Below the pieces are notes generated by a model, which worked only from the letters and a program-made list of their open reading frames with translations, did no database searches and was not told the DNA's origin. Source: Anolis carolinensis (lineage: Eukaryota). Taken from it: a stretch of DNA of 64,000 nucleotides. The first letter of the stretch is position 1, and each line of letters starts with the position of its first letter. Positions 1 to 12,869 of this stretch are shown piece after piece. The DNA lies in NCBI RefSeq assembly GCF_035594765.1, contig NC_085844.1, forward strand, positions 197,052,107-197,116,106, in the 5' to 3' direction. Made by a program: the position numbers and the translations under genes.

Positions 1-506
1 CTGGGGTTTTGGAGAATAGGGAGCCTGGGCCTGTATGTACAGTTTTCACTAAGCATTTTTGGAGACGGTGAGGCAGGCAATACTCCAAACCTCTCCTTCA
101 GTCTAAAAGTCTCTCAAATCTGGCTTGTGCTTCTTGGAAACATCTCAAAGCTTCATGATCTCTTTCATGATCTCTGTTGATCCTGTGTAATTCTAGCCCC
201 AGTAAATCATATGGTTAATTTTTAGTTTACAAGGAGAGGAGAAGAGATGATGTCTCAGTAAATGTAACCAGTCCATCACATAGTTATTTTTTTGTTTACC
301 TGGAGAAGAGATGATACCTCTCAGCTGTGTTCCATAGATAATGGGAGATCCCATTAGTACAGTAACTGTTGGGGGGGGAGGGTATGAGGGTATCACCTCT
401 AAAATAGGGGTTCTGCCCCCTTCTAAAATTTGCAGCATTTTGGTAATTAATTAATTCAGATAAGCATTTAGAAATGCAATTTAGCCAGCTAAAGAAAAAG
501 GACAAT

Positions 507-1923
507 TTTTAAAAAATATTTTTATTGAAGGAAAGTTTCAATTACATAAAAAGTGGGAGAACAATCAAATGCAAAAAGAAAAGAAGGAAATGTAAAGAAG
601 AAGAAAGTGAAAAAAGAAAGGAAAAGGAGGAAAAATAAAAATAAGAAATAAGAAATATAAGGTATTATTTGTGACTTCCGTTCTTCTTCCTTCCGTTTAT
701 TATTTCTTTAGTCTATTTATCTCTTATTAAAGAGTGTTCCAATTATTTTGTTCCCTTTCAAATCATTATTTTCTCTTAATATATTCTTCAAGGGATGACC
801 AGCCTGTCATTTTTAGTCCTTTGCCAACATTTTGCTTTAATAAAAAAAGTTAGTTTGTCCATGTCTTTTATTTCCAGAACTTTGAGTAGCCAGTCCTTTA
901 TGCCTGGTACTACATCTGTTTTCCATCCTTTCGCAAAAACCATTCCTTGCTGCTGTGGCAAAGAAAATGAATAATCTTCCTTCGTTGTAATCACCAAAAG
1001 TTTCTTTATCCAGCATTCCCAAAAGCTAATATTCAGGTTTCATACTAAAATCTTTTTTCAAAATTCTTTGACATTCATTATGAATGATTTTCCAAAAGCT
1101 TTTTATAACCTCACAAGTCTACCACATGTGGAAGAATGATCCTTCTTTTGCCTTTCCAGCATTTGTTATCTGTGTTTTTGTACATCCATCCCAATTTTTT
1201 AGGTGTTATATACCAGGGGTGAAGCATTTTAGCCAATTTTTCTTTAAGTCAGAGGTGTATGTATATTTCATTTTGTTCGTCCAAATTTCTTCCCATTCTT
1301 TTAGTTGTATAGGTCTACCTATATTTCTGGCCCACTTTATCATTGAGTTCTTTATTTCTTCAGTCTCCGTGGCCCATCTTAAATGTTTATTATAAATCCT
1401 TGTTATTAGATTTTTCTCCAGTTGCAATATCTTTTCCCACCCATCCTCTTGGGTAAAACTAGTTTTTATGTCCTGATTATAATATTCTTTAATTTGTAGG
1501 TAGTGCAGCCATGAAACATCTTTATATCTTTCTTGTACTTCTTTATGAGGTGTTAGACAAATTCTCAGTAAGTAATTCTTTGTAGGATGGCCATTTCACC
1601 CATCCCAGTAGCCTTCTCTGGTTCGCTTCTAGTGGAGATACCCATCTTGGTGTTTTCGTATAAAAATTCCTTTTGTATCGATCCCAAATTCTAATTAAGG
1701 ATGACCTAATAAAATGATTTCCAAAATTTTTCTCAATATTCGTTTTTCCATACCAAAGGTATGAGTGCCATCCTTTTTGTAGATCGAAGCCTTCAATTGT
1801 AAGTATTTTCAAATTATCCAATTTGGTCCACTCCTTTGTCCATGCAAATGCACAAGCTTCAAAATAGAGCTTTAAGTCCAGAACTCCAAAACCTCCTCTT
1901 TTTTCCAAGTCCGTCATTACCAT
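507..1923 (-). mobile_element. 5'-truncated L1-clade LINE (3' part of ORF2 + 3' UTR), disrupted
   Basis: Minus-strand ORFs 1543-1923 (GGFGVLDLKLYFEAC...GWHSYLWYG), 1206-1427 and 788-997 are collinear homologues of the ORF2 C-terminus of the L1 at 18.2-22.0 kb. AATAAA and an A-rich tail lie at ~507-526 on the minus strand. Confidence 0.92.
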
Positions 1924-2576
1924 AATTTTTTTTTAAAAAAATAGTTTTTAAAAGAAGGAAAACATACTATGTATAAGAATTCTGGGTGTGAACAGTATTC
2001 AGTATTTCATCCTCTAGAATGCAAAAAAATAATAATTGTGGACTGAAACAAAATTTGAAAGCAAAATTGGGAACAATGCTGGCATTTTGCCCGTCATGAA
2101 TTCAATCACATGATGCACATACACATTACAGTCACAATATAGTTCAGGGTTGGACAGAAGCCTAACTTGGATCTATTGGGAAAGCTCAGAATGATTTGTG
2201 GTAAATCAACAAACATTTCTGGCTCCCAATTGTTTAGTAATGACAAGAACAAAATGTCACCCCAGTCACAGCCAACAATTATACTACTGAAACAAACAAA
2301 GCAGTGGAATTAGGGATAACCAGGAAGGGAATTTTATATGAATGAACTGACACTTCTGTTATACTCAAAGCAAATTCATAGACCCAGAATTGCTTAACTT
2401 GGGGTGTGACCAAGTAAACAGGAACCGTGTATTGTGTCCTAATTGCTACATGCTTGCTGAGTACAAGTATAGACACCCCCGCCACCAGCATAAGGCAGTA
2501 AAAAGCTTCTGTCTTGTTTGTGTTTGGTGAGAGAGGAACAAATCAGAGTATCAGTTGTGACAATGCCCCAGTAAAG

Positions 2577-2717
2577 CAGGCATGGGCAAACTTCGACCCT
2601 TCAGGTGTTTTGGACTTCAACTCCCACAATTCCTAACAGCCTCAGGGCCTAAAGCTGTTAGGAATTGTGGGAGTTGAAGTCCAAAACACCTGGAGGGCTG
2701 AAGTTTGCCCATGACTG
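2577..2717. mobile_element. Palindromic hAT-type MITE
   Basis: TIRs caggcatgggcaaactt / aagtttgcccatgactg, whole element a hairpin, 8-bp TSD cagtaaag/cagtaacg. Confidence 0.9.
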
Positions 2718-4371
2718 CAGTAACGAATGGGGAGGTTGTAGCCATCCAGATGTTACCGGACTACAACTGTCCTTATTTATTACTACTGACTCTGCTGTCC
2801 CAAAGTTGATCAAGTTGTACTTATCTCCCCCCCCCCCCCCCCCCGGCCCGGCCAAAAATGTAATGAAAAATTGGTAAGCCATTTTCATATGACAAGAGGA
2901 TAAATAAAGGAGAGCAACTTTGTTGAAATTTGCTAACCCTTTTTAATTCATTTTCAAGAACTGAATGGTAAAGATGACTTTGCAACTAACCAACTAGATT
3001 TTGGCATATTGCTATACTACAGAAATAGAATAACTAACAATGGACATTGCATATTTGTGTATGGGCTGCAGATAAATGAATAGTGGTATTATTGTAATTG
3101 ATAATTTATAATAATTTATATCTATTTGACATATTGTTATAATTACAGTGTTAATCATGGGAGATTAAGAAAAATAAAACAAGAAAAGTTTTTAAAACAC
3201 CCTGTCTGATGAGGTTGTATATTTAAAACAATAATCCTATCATAAAACATAAACAAACACATCCAGACACACAACTTCTGGGACTGCTCTAGAAACCTCA
3301 CACCTATTTCCTAATGATTTTTACTTCTTATTTTTTACTTATATTTTTACTTCTTATTATCCATTAGATAACACTATATGCCCACATTTCCACTTTTAGT
3401 AACATTCCTATAATTTCTAAACCGAATAGTTGAAGTTTATTCCTATCGTTACTTTAAACAATGAGATGTATAATCATTGGATGACCTTCTATCAGATATA
3501 TTTTGGCTGGGAGGTGGATTAGATAAACAATGGGAATTCCTGCCAACTCTACAGTTCTGTGAATCTCACTTTATCACCTGACTATTTTGGCTGAAATAGT
3601 TACCTGCTCGTTCCCATGACTGTTTCAAAAGAGCAAAAGTGAGCATGTCTGCTCTCTTATCCCCATTACAGTTTCGGATATTTGAAGGGCATAACAGTCT
3701 AGTTAATCCTCTCTTCACCAGGCGAAACCTACACAACTCTTTCAACTAGATGTGATTTTTAGGTGCCTCACCATTTTGGTTGTCCTCCTAAGCACACACT
3801 TTAGTTTATCAGGGTAGAGTTATACTAGATGAGTCACCCCAGGCATGGCCTGCCTATAAAGCTTTATTTAGGAATTTAGCTAAGCCCTGTTTGGGTTTTT
3901 CTAATAAATATGTGAGTAGCATGCTTGGACATGGAGAATGATAGCCCAAAAAAGAGAGATTCCACTATGCATGGAGGATATCTTTGCTAACAAGAATATG
4001 GATGCATTGTAATTTCCTCTTACTTACTTACTTCTTACTGCCACTTCTCATGCATTCATCATGGGCATTTCAACTGGACTTAATTATGTGGTTGGTGGAA
4101 GGTAAGTGGATTCTGGTTCCATTTCCTGTGTTTATTTGGAAGATCTGAAAGGGAAAAAAGGTTTTGGTGTCTGCCCAAACACAGTTACATATCTTGATGC
4201 AATCAGAAATGCTGCCTAATTGAATTCATGATTTACACAGAGCTTTCTGTCCAGGCTCCTCTAAATAATTTTTTTTTCTTACCCAACAGAAAGTTGTGGG
4301 TTGATGGGGAGGCTAGTGCCACAAATCTCCATTCCTCTCCACATTCATAGTTGTATAATGAATGAAGGTGA

Positions 4372-4530
4372 ACCAGTGTAGTGTGATGGCTTGAGAGTTA
4401 CATGAGAACTTTGGGAAACTAGAATTTGAATCCTGTTGAATGACTTAGGGCAAGTCTTTTAAGCTAAAATGAGGTCAATGGTAAACCTTCTCTGACTAAA
4501 TCTTCTGCCATAAATCAGAGTCAACCGATA
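4372..4530 (+). mobile_element. Old tRNA-derived (MIR-like) SINE remnant
   Basis: Degenerate A-box/B-box head (gtgtagtgtgatggcttgag...tttgaatcc) followed by gacttagggcaagtc core; similar copy at ~54410-54630. Confidence 0.5.
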
Positions 4531-4758
4531 AATAAAAGCTTCTTCCTTCTCATGATGTGAAATGTCTTAAAGTTGGATAATCATATTTATAGGCTACATT
4601 GTTCTGCTAGGTTATGTCCAATGTCTGATTCACTCAACCCATTTTACGTGTATTGCTATCAAGTCAGATGTCTCCCATTACATTTCTACATGTTTGAATT
4701 TGGGAGCAGGGGCATTTAAATGCCAGACTTTTATTACTCTCTGTTTGGTTTGGACCCA

Positions 4759-4912
4759 GGGCCCTTCCACATAGCCATATAACCCAGAATATCAAGGCAG
4801 AAAATCTCACAGTATCTACCCTATACTGGGTTATCTGAGTCCACACTGTCATATATTCCAGTTCAAAGCAGATTCTGTGGGATTTTATTCAGCTGTGTTT
4901 CCGGAAGGGGCC
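4759..4912. mobile_element. PIF/Harbinger-type MITE
   Basis: TIRs gggcccttccac / ggaaggggcc with internal palindromy; related copies at 6996-7114 and 46893-47023. Confidence 0.75.
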
Positions 4913-5799
4913 TAGGTCATGGGAAAAAATGTATGGCAGGTTCCAGAATTTCCCAGCTACCATGGTGAATGGCAGTGATAGTGTAGAGGTTCCTGTCAAA
5001 AGAAGCCATTTCCCCAAGAATGTCAGTTAGGCGCATAATTTAGAGATGCTTTTATATATTATGGATAGAACTTTTAAAATAAGCATCTCTCCTGATATGA
5101 TATTTAAAACCTCCACATTTTGAACTGCAACATGTTTCTGCTTTGTTTTCAATCCCTTACCTGGATAGCTGCATGCTTAATTTAGATTGTTAAAATTCCT
5201 TTCTAAAATCCAGTGTTTTCATCTTATTGTAAATTCAGCTTCCAGCTAGGCCCTCAACACAATTTAAAATTAGCCTCTTGTGGCTTTTAGTCATTCAGAT
5301 GTGCTAAAAAGATAGACTTTTTTCAAAATCATTTATAAAAATGAGCAAACAGTAGGGCATTGACATATAAATAAAATGTTAACTTGCACTTCATGCTGAA
5401 GCCTTGACCATTTTTTCGTTTGGTAGTTCTGCCAACATTTTTGTTGGCCCTTACTCCTGTACATTTAATAGAAATTTGATCTGTAGTCATTAGCAAGCGG
5501 AGAATGTTTATTTCCATGGACCATTCTGTAAAAATCATTGCTCCAGATCAAGTGGCTGTTAAAAGCACTGGAACAGGCCAGGCTGTTTTGTTTTGGCCAA
5601 TTGGCAATATTATCCTTTCAGCTAGGGAAGACAGAAGCAAATAAGGTTACTGTACCTTTAACAGCACTGAAGAAGAAGGGATTTTAGCTTGTGTGACAAG
5701 CAGTATTTTTTTTTGGGGGGGGGGGACTCTTTTACTTAAAGATAAAAGATAAAGTCCTCAAATTAAATAAAGATAAAGTTAAAGTCCTCAAAGTTTTTA

Positions 5800-6170
5800 A
5801 CCAGAGGGCCAATTCACAGTCCCTCAGACTGTTTGTGTGTGGGGGGGGGGGGGGGGGGGACTATAGTTTGGAAAAAAAAACATGAATGACTTCCTATATG
5901 CACATATCTTATTTGTAGTGCAAAAAACATGAAATGACAATACAAAATTTAAAATGAAGAACAATTTCAACCAATATAACCTTACCAGTATTTCAATGGG
6001 AAGTGTGGACCTGCTTTTGGCTGATGAGGTAGTCAAGTTAATTAAGATTGTTGTTATTTTGTGCCTTCAAGTCATTTCAGACTTAGAGTGACCCTAAGTC
6101 TAAAGCTTGGGTGGGGGGAATGACCTTGGAAGGTGACATTCAGACTGCAGGCCTTAGTTTGGAGACCCTT
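5800..6170. mobile_element. Non-autonomous hAT-like element remnant
   Basis: Ends in ggccttagtttggagaccc, as does the paralogous remnant at ~13280-13392 (shared tagtcaagttaatta(a/g)gat...tgtgccttcaagt). Confidence 0.6.
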
Positions 6171-6995
6171 ATTCTAGACAGTAAGATTATTTCCCTCCAG
6201 TATAGTCACCGGGCCGATCTTATTTGTTAAGCAGGATCCTGACATCTTTTTCCAAGGTAGAGTTGTTTCTGAAGGCCTCAAACTGGAAGGATTTTTGATG
6301 TTGGTGAATGTAATAATTTTGGCTGACACCAGCACAATTCTACATTCTTTGGCAAAAGTGAGCAGAAACTTGGCTTGAAAGATCTACATTCTTTTTTCCA
6401 CATAGTACCTTGACAACCATCAACTGGAGCCATATATAAAACACATATATGTCACAGATGGCTAGTGTAGATGCCATAACAAGCTCTGGTATTTCAGTAG
6501 TGTGCTGTTTTACACTGCCAAGTCATTCATTGAAGTTTGCATTGTAGATTGCATTGCATGAATGCAAAACTGTGGCAATACTGTGATGTAGAGTTACTTC
6601 TGATAGGGCTTCATCACAAAACTGAGGAAAAAAAAGAGGAACCAGCATATGCTGCTACTGCAGCCACACAGAAGCTTTCCTGTGTTGCATTGAGATCAAT
6701 GGGGAAGAGTGGAACCAGCTTCCTCCATGGATGGGTGCTGGTGTAAGTCATGCGGTGTGGGGTTTGGGGTGATAGGTTCCTCACACTCCACGCCAGGCAC
6801 CATCAGATTCACCATGATCCATGGTGATTCTGGAGGCACATATGATGAGGTCCCTGGTTGTGTTAGATGTTGTAGTTTAGTTTTATATATTATGAAAAAC
6901 TGTTTTTCTTGACTTTATTGTTTTTTATTTTTCTTTATTCCTGAATAATTTTTTTAAAAAAAAACCTCTGAGAAAGGAAAGTGTACAACACTCTT

Positions 6996-7114
6996 GAGCC
7001 CCATCTACACTGCCATTATAATGCAAATTGAACCAGATTATAAAACAGTGTAGACTCACATAATCCGGTTCAGTGCAGTTCAAACTGCATTATATGGCAA
7101 TGTAGATGGAACCC
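6996..7114. mobile_element. PIF/Harbinger-type MITE
   Basis: TIRs gagccccatctacactgcca / tggcaatgtagatggaaccc. Confidence 0.7.
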
Positions 7115-7135
7115 AAAAGTTTCAGTACTAAATGA

Positions 7136-8479
7136 TAAGGGTGTGCAAAGCTTCGGACCTCCATTTTGTAATTTGGAGATTTGCATGATTAATTAATACG
7201 AATATCCAAATTACTAATTGGAAAAGGAGTGTCTAAAGTATTTACGAATCAAAACAGCAGCCTCGAAATTTTCAGAGATATTTGTAAAGATTTCTTGTTG
7301 CGGAGCTTTTTTCCCATGTCACATACTCCATCGTCTGTAATTATCTGGGGTGAAGGGGGCTGATGTGATTGAGAAGGACAGCTGCCTGCTGCCTGCTCTG
7401 AGGGTGGGTAACTGGCATCCACTGCTGCGCTAGCATTACAATGTGCCTGGCTGAGTGGTTCAGGGAAAAAGGGGACTCTGTGGTTAAGATGGCGCTCATT
7501 CACAGGTGGGCTCGTTTGATCTAGACCTGACCTGAGGGGCGCTACATGGTCTCGAAGGTGCAAGTGTTCCTGTGGGGCCCAGGCCAGCACTGCTGGCAAT
7601 GCCTCCCACTTCCTGAGGTGAGTGGAGGGCCTCGCCACTGCCTCTTCCTCCTCCATTGGCGATTTCTCCCAAAGCCGAGGCTCCCCTCTAAGTTAAAAAT
7701 GGGTGCAATCAAAGCAACAAGTGCAAATGGATGGAGTTATGAGGGGAAACTATGGTTGGTGGGAGGAGGGAGGGAGTCTTAGTAGCCCCTTCCTCCTCAC
7801 TATCAGCCCCCCAATGTCTGTGTGTCTTACCCCAAACTTATATTTTCTGAATTCCCACTCCTTCCCCAAACTTTACAGCTCTTACTATCCCCCAGTTCTC
7901 TTAAATCCCATATGCCTAAATTGATTTTTTTTTAAAAAGATCAGTGAATTGATTGATTGTTGCCCCGCTCATGCTGTTTCGTTATGCCACAACTTGAGAG
8001 GATGCCTCTTCTAGTTTTGAAAAAATATTTTAATTGAAAAAAACTTATTAGAATTCCTAAAAATCAGTAGATAAACAAATCTTTCTAAAACTTTGCAGGA
8101 CTGATGCTCTGCTTATGTTGTTCATTGTGCAGAAATTCTAGGGGATGCCTCTTGTTATAAATATTTTTATTTTCTAAAAATCAGTGAAAGACCAAAACAT
8201 TCTGAAACTTGGCAAACTTATAGACTTATAGTCGTAAATGTTGCCTACAAGTGTGCCACGTTTCATCCTGATAGCCATAAAAATATCAGAGAAACGAGCC
8301 TCAAAAATTTCCTCATTGCTACTAATGGAACAAATATTCACAAAGCATTTATGAAGCTTTGGAGATCCAGATTACAAATTGGAATGGGACCCCTCTGAAT
8401 CTTTACAAATTGCAGTGGGTCCCATCTGAATCTCCAAAACAAGTTACTAATCGGATTTCAGCCATTTCACACACCTTTA
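7136..8479. mobile_element. Degenerate non-autonomous DNA transposon (hAT-like)
   Basis: Imperfect TIRs taagggtgtgcaa / ttcacacaccttta, degenerate 8-bp flanks ctaaatga/ctaagcaa, internal repeated blocks (aaaaatcagt, ggatgcctctt). Confidence 0.5.
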
Positions 8480-8803
8480 CTAAGCAACTCTTATTACCTG
8501 GATTCTGGCTAAAGAGTAGCCAGAATATCTTTTTTGTAATCTGAATCCATTACTTTACAGTCTAATTCAATCAAGCAGTAGAAAACATGGATCCACCTTC
8601 TTCCATATTTGAAAACAGCTATTATATTAGCTGGATATTTTGTCTTTAGTAGGGTCAGTGTACCCAGTACTCTCAACGGTTCTTCACAGGGCTTGGATTC
8701 AAACATTTTGCCATCTTGATTATTCTTCTTTGGACACTTTGTTTGCTAAATACAAACATCAAATAACACACATGCACAGTAAAATGTGATTGAGATTATT
8801 ATT

Positions 8804-8833
8804 AACAACAACAACAACAACAACAACAACAAC
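8804..8833. repeat. (AAC)n microsatellite
   Basis: Direct reading. Confidence 0.95.
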
Positions 8834-9781
8834 GATGAATTCTTTTTATTACCCATTTTTCCTGATGGCTCAAATCGGGGTATAACAAATTCAAAAACAT
8901 TCGAACATAAAATATATACAGTAAATTACATAGATAAAAACACACAAATATAAAAAACATGCACCAAACACAGATACAGAATTTACATATAGTAGCACAA
9001 CATGCATAAATGTGGAATACAAATTGTCCTATAAACTTAAAATATCTCAGTGTTATTCTTAAAATGAGTCAGCCTAACAAATGCACTACAAATTAAGCAC
9101 ATGCAAGGAATGTAAAATATTTCCATGACTTTGTCACAGGAGAAAAAAGGAGAGCACTGCATGAGTTTTCCAACAAGCGTGAGGTTTGCACAGACAAATT
9201 AGAACATTTGATAGGAAAGCATTAAAGAAGCTGAGTCTTTGTCTTTATATTTCCTAAATCTATTAGGTCACATATGGAAAACTGAGAGACATTTGTCCGT
9301 TACATTCTGGCCCTTGGTTTATTTCTCAGACTAGAATCTTAATTTGGGATGAGCAAACTGGTGTCCCTGTTTGTTTTTTTACTCCCATCATCCGGAGCCA
9401 TATAACTGTTCACAAGGGATTATAGCATTTATAGTACAAAATTCCTTGACAATAAAAGGTTGCCTACCCATAAACTACATGTTTGGAAAGATACTTTAAA
9501 GTACAGTTCTGTGACCTTGATACAATTTTTAGATGCAATTTTACAGTCATTTTTTATTTTAAAAAAGCCCAAACTGTTACTTTTTAATCACTTTTTAAAT
9601 GCTGCAAACCCCTGGCTTATGGTACTAAATACTCCTGCATAATGAGACCATTTGTCCCTCACAACTGCAGCAGTTATAATTATTATTTATTATTTATTTT
9701 ACTTATTAAAGTGTTTATGCCCTTTTATATGGCCAAAGATCACAAGGTACTTTACCTTAACATCAGTTGAAGGTAATACAT

Positions 9782-10597
9782 TATAACAAAAACCAGCAGG
9801 CAACTCTCATAAGTGCCTATGCACCAACACTATATGCTGGTGAAGAAATCAAGGAAAACTTTTACTGTCAGCTGGATAACATCCTATCGGAGATACCTAA
9901 GGGAGACAAAATTATCCTCCTGCATTATTTTAATGCAAGAGTTGGATAAGACTTCAACCTGTAACCAGGGCATAGGACTTTATCACATTAGGAAATCCTC
10001 CATTTGAGACCGTTTGAGAATGATTTTGAACAGGTTCCATCACATGACATTTGCCCCATCCTGTCAGTATTCTGTCAGAATCCATCTGCAAAGCATTGCA
10101 GAAACTGATAATTTGCAGACAGAATTCTATTTGTTTTTTGAAATACCATGGATTCTTCCATTGCTGAAGTGCTGTTTATGTGTGTGATAGGAACATCTGT
10201 ATTCATCCCATCAGCAACAATGCTTTTTAAAAGGTCATAGAGTGATGTAGGGGGTGTTTTGAATGGATTGGGAGGAGCCAGCCTTTCATGGTGTGATGAG
10301 TCAAAGTGCAGTGTTTTCAAACCATAAGAATCATAATAATCAGGTGTGGTGAGGAATGTACGCATCTTGTCTCAATACAGTATACAACCAGTCCTTAAAA
10401 AATGAGATGCATACGGACATAAACAGATTATATCCCAATGTAATAAGGTCCATAGACACCAAGAACTGGAAAGCCCTGGCCCTCAAGCCTTCTACCTGGA
10501 GGTCAGCTGCTACCAACAATGCTGTGGAATTCAAAGAGGCACAAATGGAGAGTGAAGGACAGAAATATGACAAGAGGAAGGCATGTCAAGCCAACCC
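9782..10597 (+). mobile_element. RTE-clade LINE remnants (endonuclease piece and ORF C-terminus), internally deleted or rearranged
   Basis: ATLISAYAPT...DKIILLHYFNARVG is a degenerate RTE AP-endonuclease; IDTKNWKALA..STWRSA..KRK at ~10450-10590 is a typical RTE C-terminus. Confidence 0.75.
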
Positions 10598-10602
10598 TTC
10601 TT

Positions 10603-10674
<72 letters not shown>
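10598..10674. repeat. Compound (TTC)n(TTA)n microsatellite
   Basis: Direct reading; probably derived from a LINE tail. Confidence 0.95.
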
Positions 10675-10998
10675 TTAAGACATACACATACACAACATTT
10701 ACAGTTCCCACCACCACCATGAGGATTATTTTCTTTTACATATTAATCCTGTTTGAGACAATCGTTCTAGATTTACATACTATATAACATTTGTATCCTT
10801 TTTCTTATGGCCTGATCTCTAGACTTATTCATAATATAATCCTTGACCCGGTTCCATTTTTTTTAACTTCTTGCATTCTATTTTCATTACCTTTTGAATC
10901 ATTTAATTTTACATCCATAATTTCAAATTCTATTTGGTCCACCATATACTGATACCATTTGTTTACTGTCCACTTTGATTTATCTTTCCATCCCAATG
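10675..10998 (-). mobile_element. Short L1-clade 3' end fragment
   Basis: Minus strand translates WKDKSKWTVNKWYQYMVDQIE, resembling an L1 ORF2 C-terminus; the tail is the adjoining microsatellite. Confidence 0.6.
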
Positions 10999-11199
10999 AA
11001 AACAAAGAGTGATACAGTGAGTTATTTTGATATTGGAATCTGCAATTGGCTACTTCTCATAAATTATAATGTGTAATTTGTAATGCAGGAATAAATTACA
11101 TTTTAAAAGGAAATCTCTGTTTTCCACCCTGGATTTAACCAATCCCTTCCTGGTTCCTTTGTGTGAGTAGTATTTGAAATTAGTTATGTGAGTGGGTAA

Positions 11200-11790
11200 A
11201 TTCTAATCCTTGGTGGGCAAAGGCCACTGGAGAGTGAAAGGTCACTGATATTGATCTCAGCAGTAAGCTGAATTGTTTACTTTGGTTCCTGTAACCCATT
11301 GTGCTTCCTTTACTGATTGAAGGTTCTTCGATCCAGTGCAGATTTCTATTAATAGAAACAGAGAAAGTGAGAGATATAGCCATTGGGGGTGCGGGACACA
11401 AAAAGACAGCATTAATCCTTCAGTCCTCAAATTTCTGGCATTGCAAAGAATGAGGCATTTAAAATAATTAACACTAAGAATTTCTATATTTGTTATGTTT
11501 GTATGTCCTTGGTCACTTTGCTTGACCCTTTTCTTGTATTTGCAAATATTTGAATAAAATGTTAAGTTACTGCAACTCTAGAGATATGGAGACCGGAGGG
11601 TTAATTAATGTGTTAGTCGAGGGGGGAGAAGTCTTGTTTAGGAGGGCAATGGCTCCTTTACTCTTTGCTTCCCAATAGCTACAGCCCTGGTGAAAATATA
11701 AAATGGTCTTTCCTGATTCCTTCTTTTTTCAACAGCTTCCTGTGACACCCACTCCCTTCTAGTCACCAGTCATGCCTTGCAAGGAGGTAG
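11200..11790 (+). promoter_or_regulatory. Candidate liver/gut-type TATA promoter/enhancer
   Basis: DR1/HNF4-like TGGGCAAAGGCCA (11214-11226) and GAGTGAAAGGTCA (11232-11244), FOXA TGTTTACTTT (11274-11283), HNF1-like GGTTAATTAATG (11599-11610), TATAAAA (11697-11703), all in repeat-free sequence. Confidence 0.5.
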
Positions 11791-12672
11791 AAGTTGAGAA
11801 TAGCATGAGACATAACACTGGAGCCTGAAGATGAAAGGGTGGGATTTAAGATAATTTCCTCTTCCCACCTTCCGTCCTCTCACAGGAACTTCCATCAGAC
11901 CAAAGAGTTTTCCATCAGCGGACACCATTGCTGGATACAAAACTATGTGCATATATATGCCTCTTAGAGAAATTCTGAGGATCATGAAAGGATACCAAAT
12001 AGTTTGTTATTAGTTTGTTCATTATGGTATTTTTATTGCCAAGGAGGATATGAGATACTTCACTCCCATGTGAAAATAAAGTCAGAACAGGGCACTCTGG
12101 AGTTGGATGGGAGTGTGGCAAAATGTATTGAGCAAAATTACTCAGAACTAAACTCAACTGTGGTCAGGGGAACTTTCTCAGAGGCAAAGAAGCAAAGGAT
12201 TGTGGTTGTAGCCAGTTCTAAAAACCATGTATTTTCATAACTCTCGAAGCATTTCTTTCTACAAGAGAATAAGATCTCACCTTTATTATCCTGTCATGAC
12301 AGCTTTCTTCCTGTCTATAACAACACAAGATTAACAAACATCATGGGCACTCCCTTTCCTTGGTCTTTTCTTCCACGCTCCTTCCACCCACCCACTAGCA
12401 ACTATATGATCATTAAAGATAGAACCAAAGTTTGAAACATTACATTTTAAATGTAATTTGTTTCTATTACTTGGTATAGTTTGAAATGTGCCTCATTGCT
12501 CTTTATTATCAATATCTTTATTTTACATTTTAAAAACTAGCAAACACTGTAATAGAAAAGACAGTATTAAAATGAGCAAAGACACAAGGGGAAAAATAAC
12601 CACTAATCTTCTCCTCCCCTTAAATCATCCCCACATTACTGGGCAGATAAACCAGAGATCAACTGAAGACAT

Positions 12673-12869
12673 GGAGCCCCTTGTTGGCACAATGGGTTAA
12701 ACCCTTGTGCTAGCAGGACTGCTGACCAAAAGGTTGGCGGTTCGAACCCAGAGAGCGGGATGAGCTCCCGTCTGTCAGCTCCAGCTTCCCATAAAGGGAC
12801 ATGAGAAAATCCTCCCACAGGATGGTAAAGACTTGCAGTTTCTCAGGTTGCTCCTGTCATGAAAAAAAA
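12673..12869 (+). mobile_element. tRNA-derived SINE (Anolis SINE2-type), internally deleted
   Basis: A box tggcacaatgg, B box ggttcgaacc, A-tail; fuller copy at 49886-50173 (-). Confidence 0.85.

Noticed and set aside
5645-5672. tactgtaccttt resembling the mir-101 hairpin, or a minus-strand micro-exon
   Set aside because: Flanks do not match the miRNA arms; an 11-nt exon has no other support.
10356-10787. ORFs with poly-S/Y and poly-L/I
   Set aside because: Microsatellite translation fused to an RTE remnant.
12673-12760. tRNA-like A/B boxes
   Set aside because: SINE head, not a cloverleaf tRNA gene.
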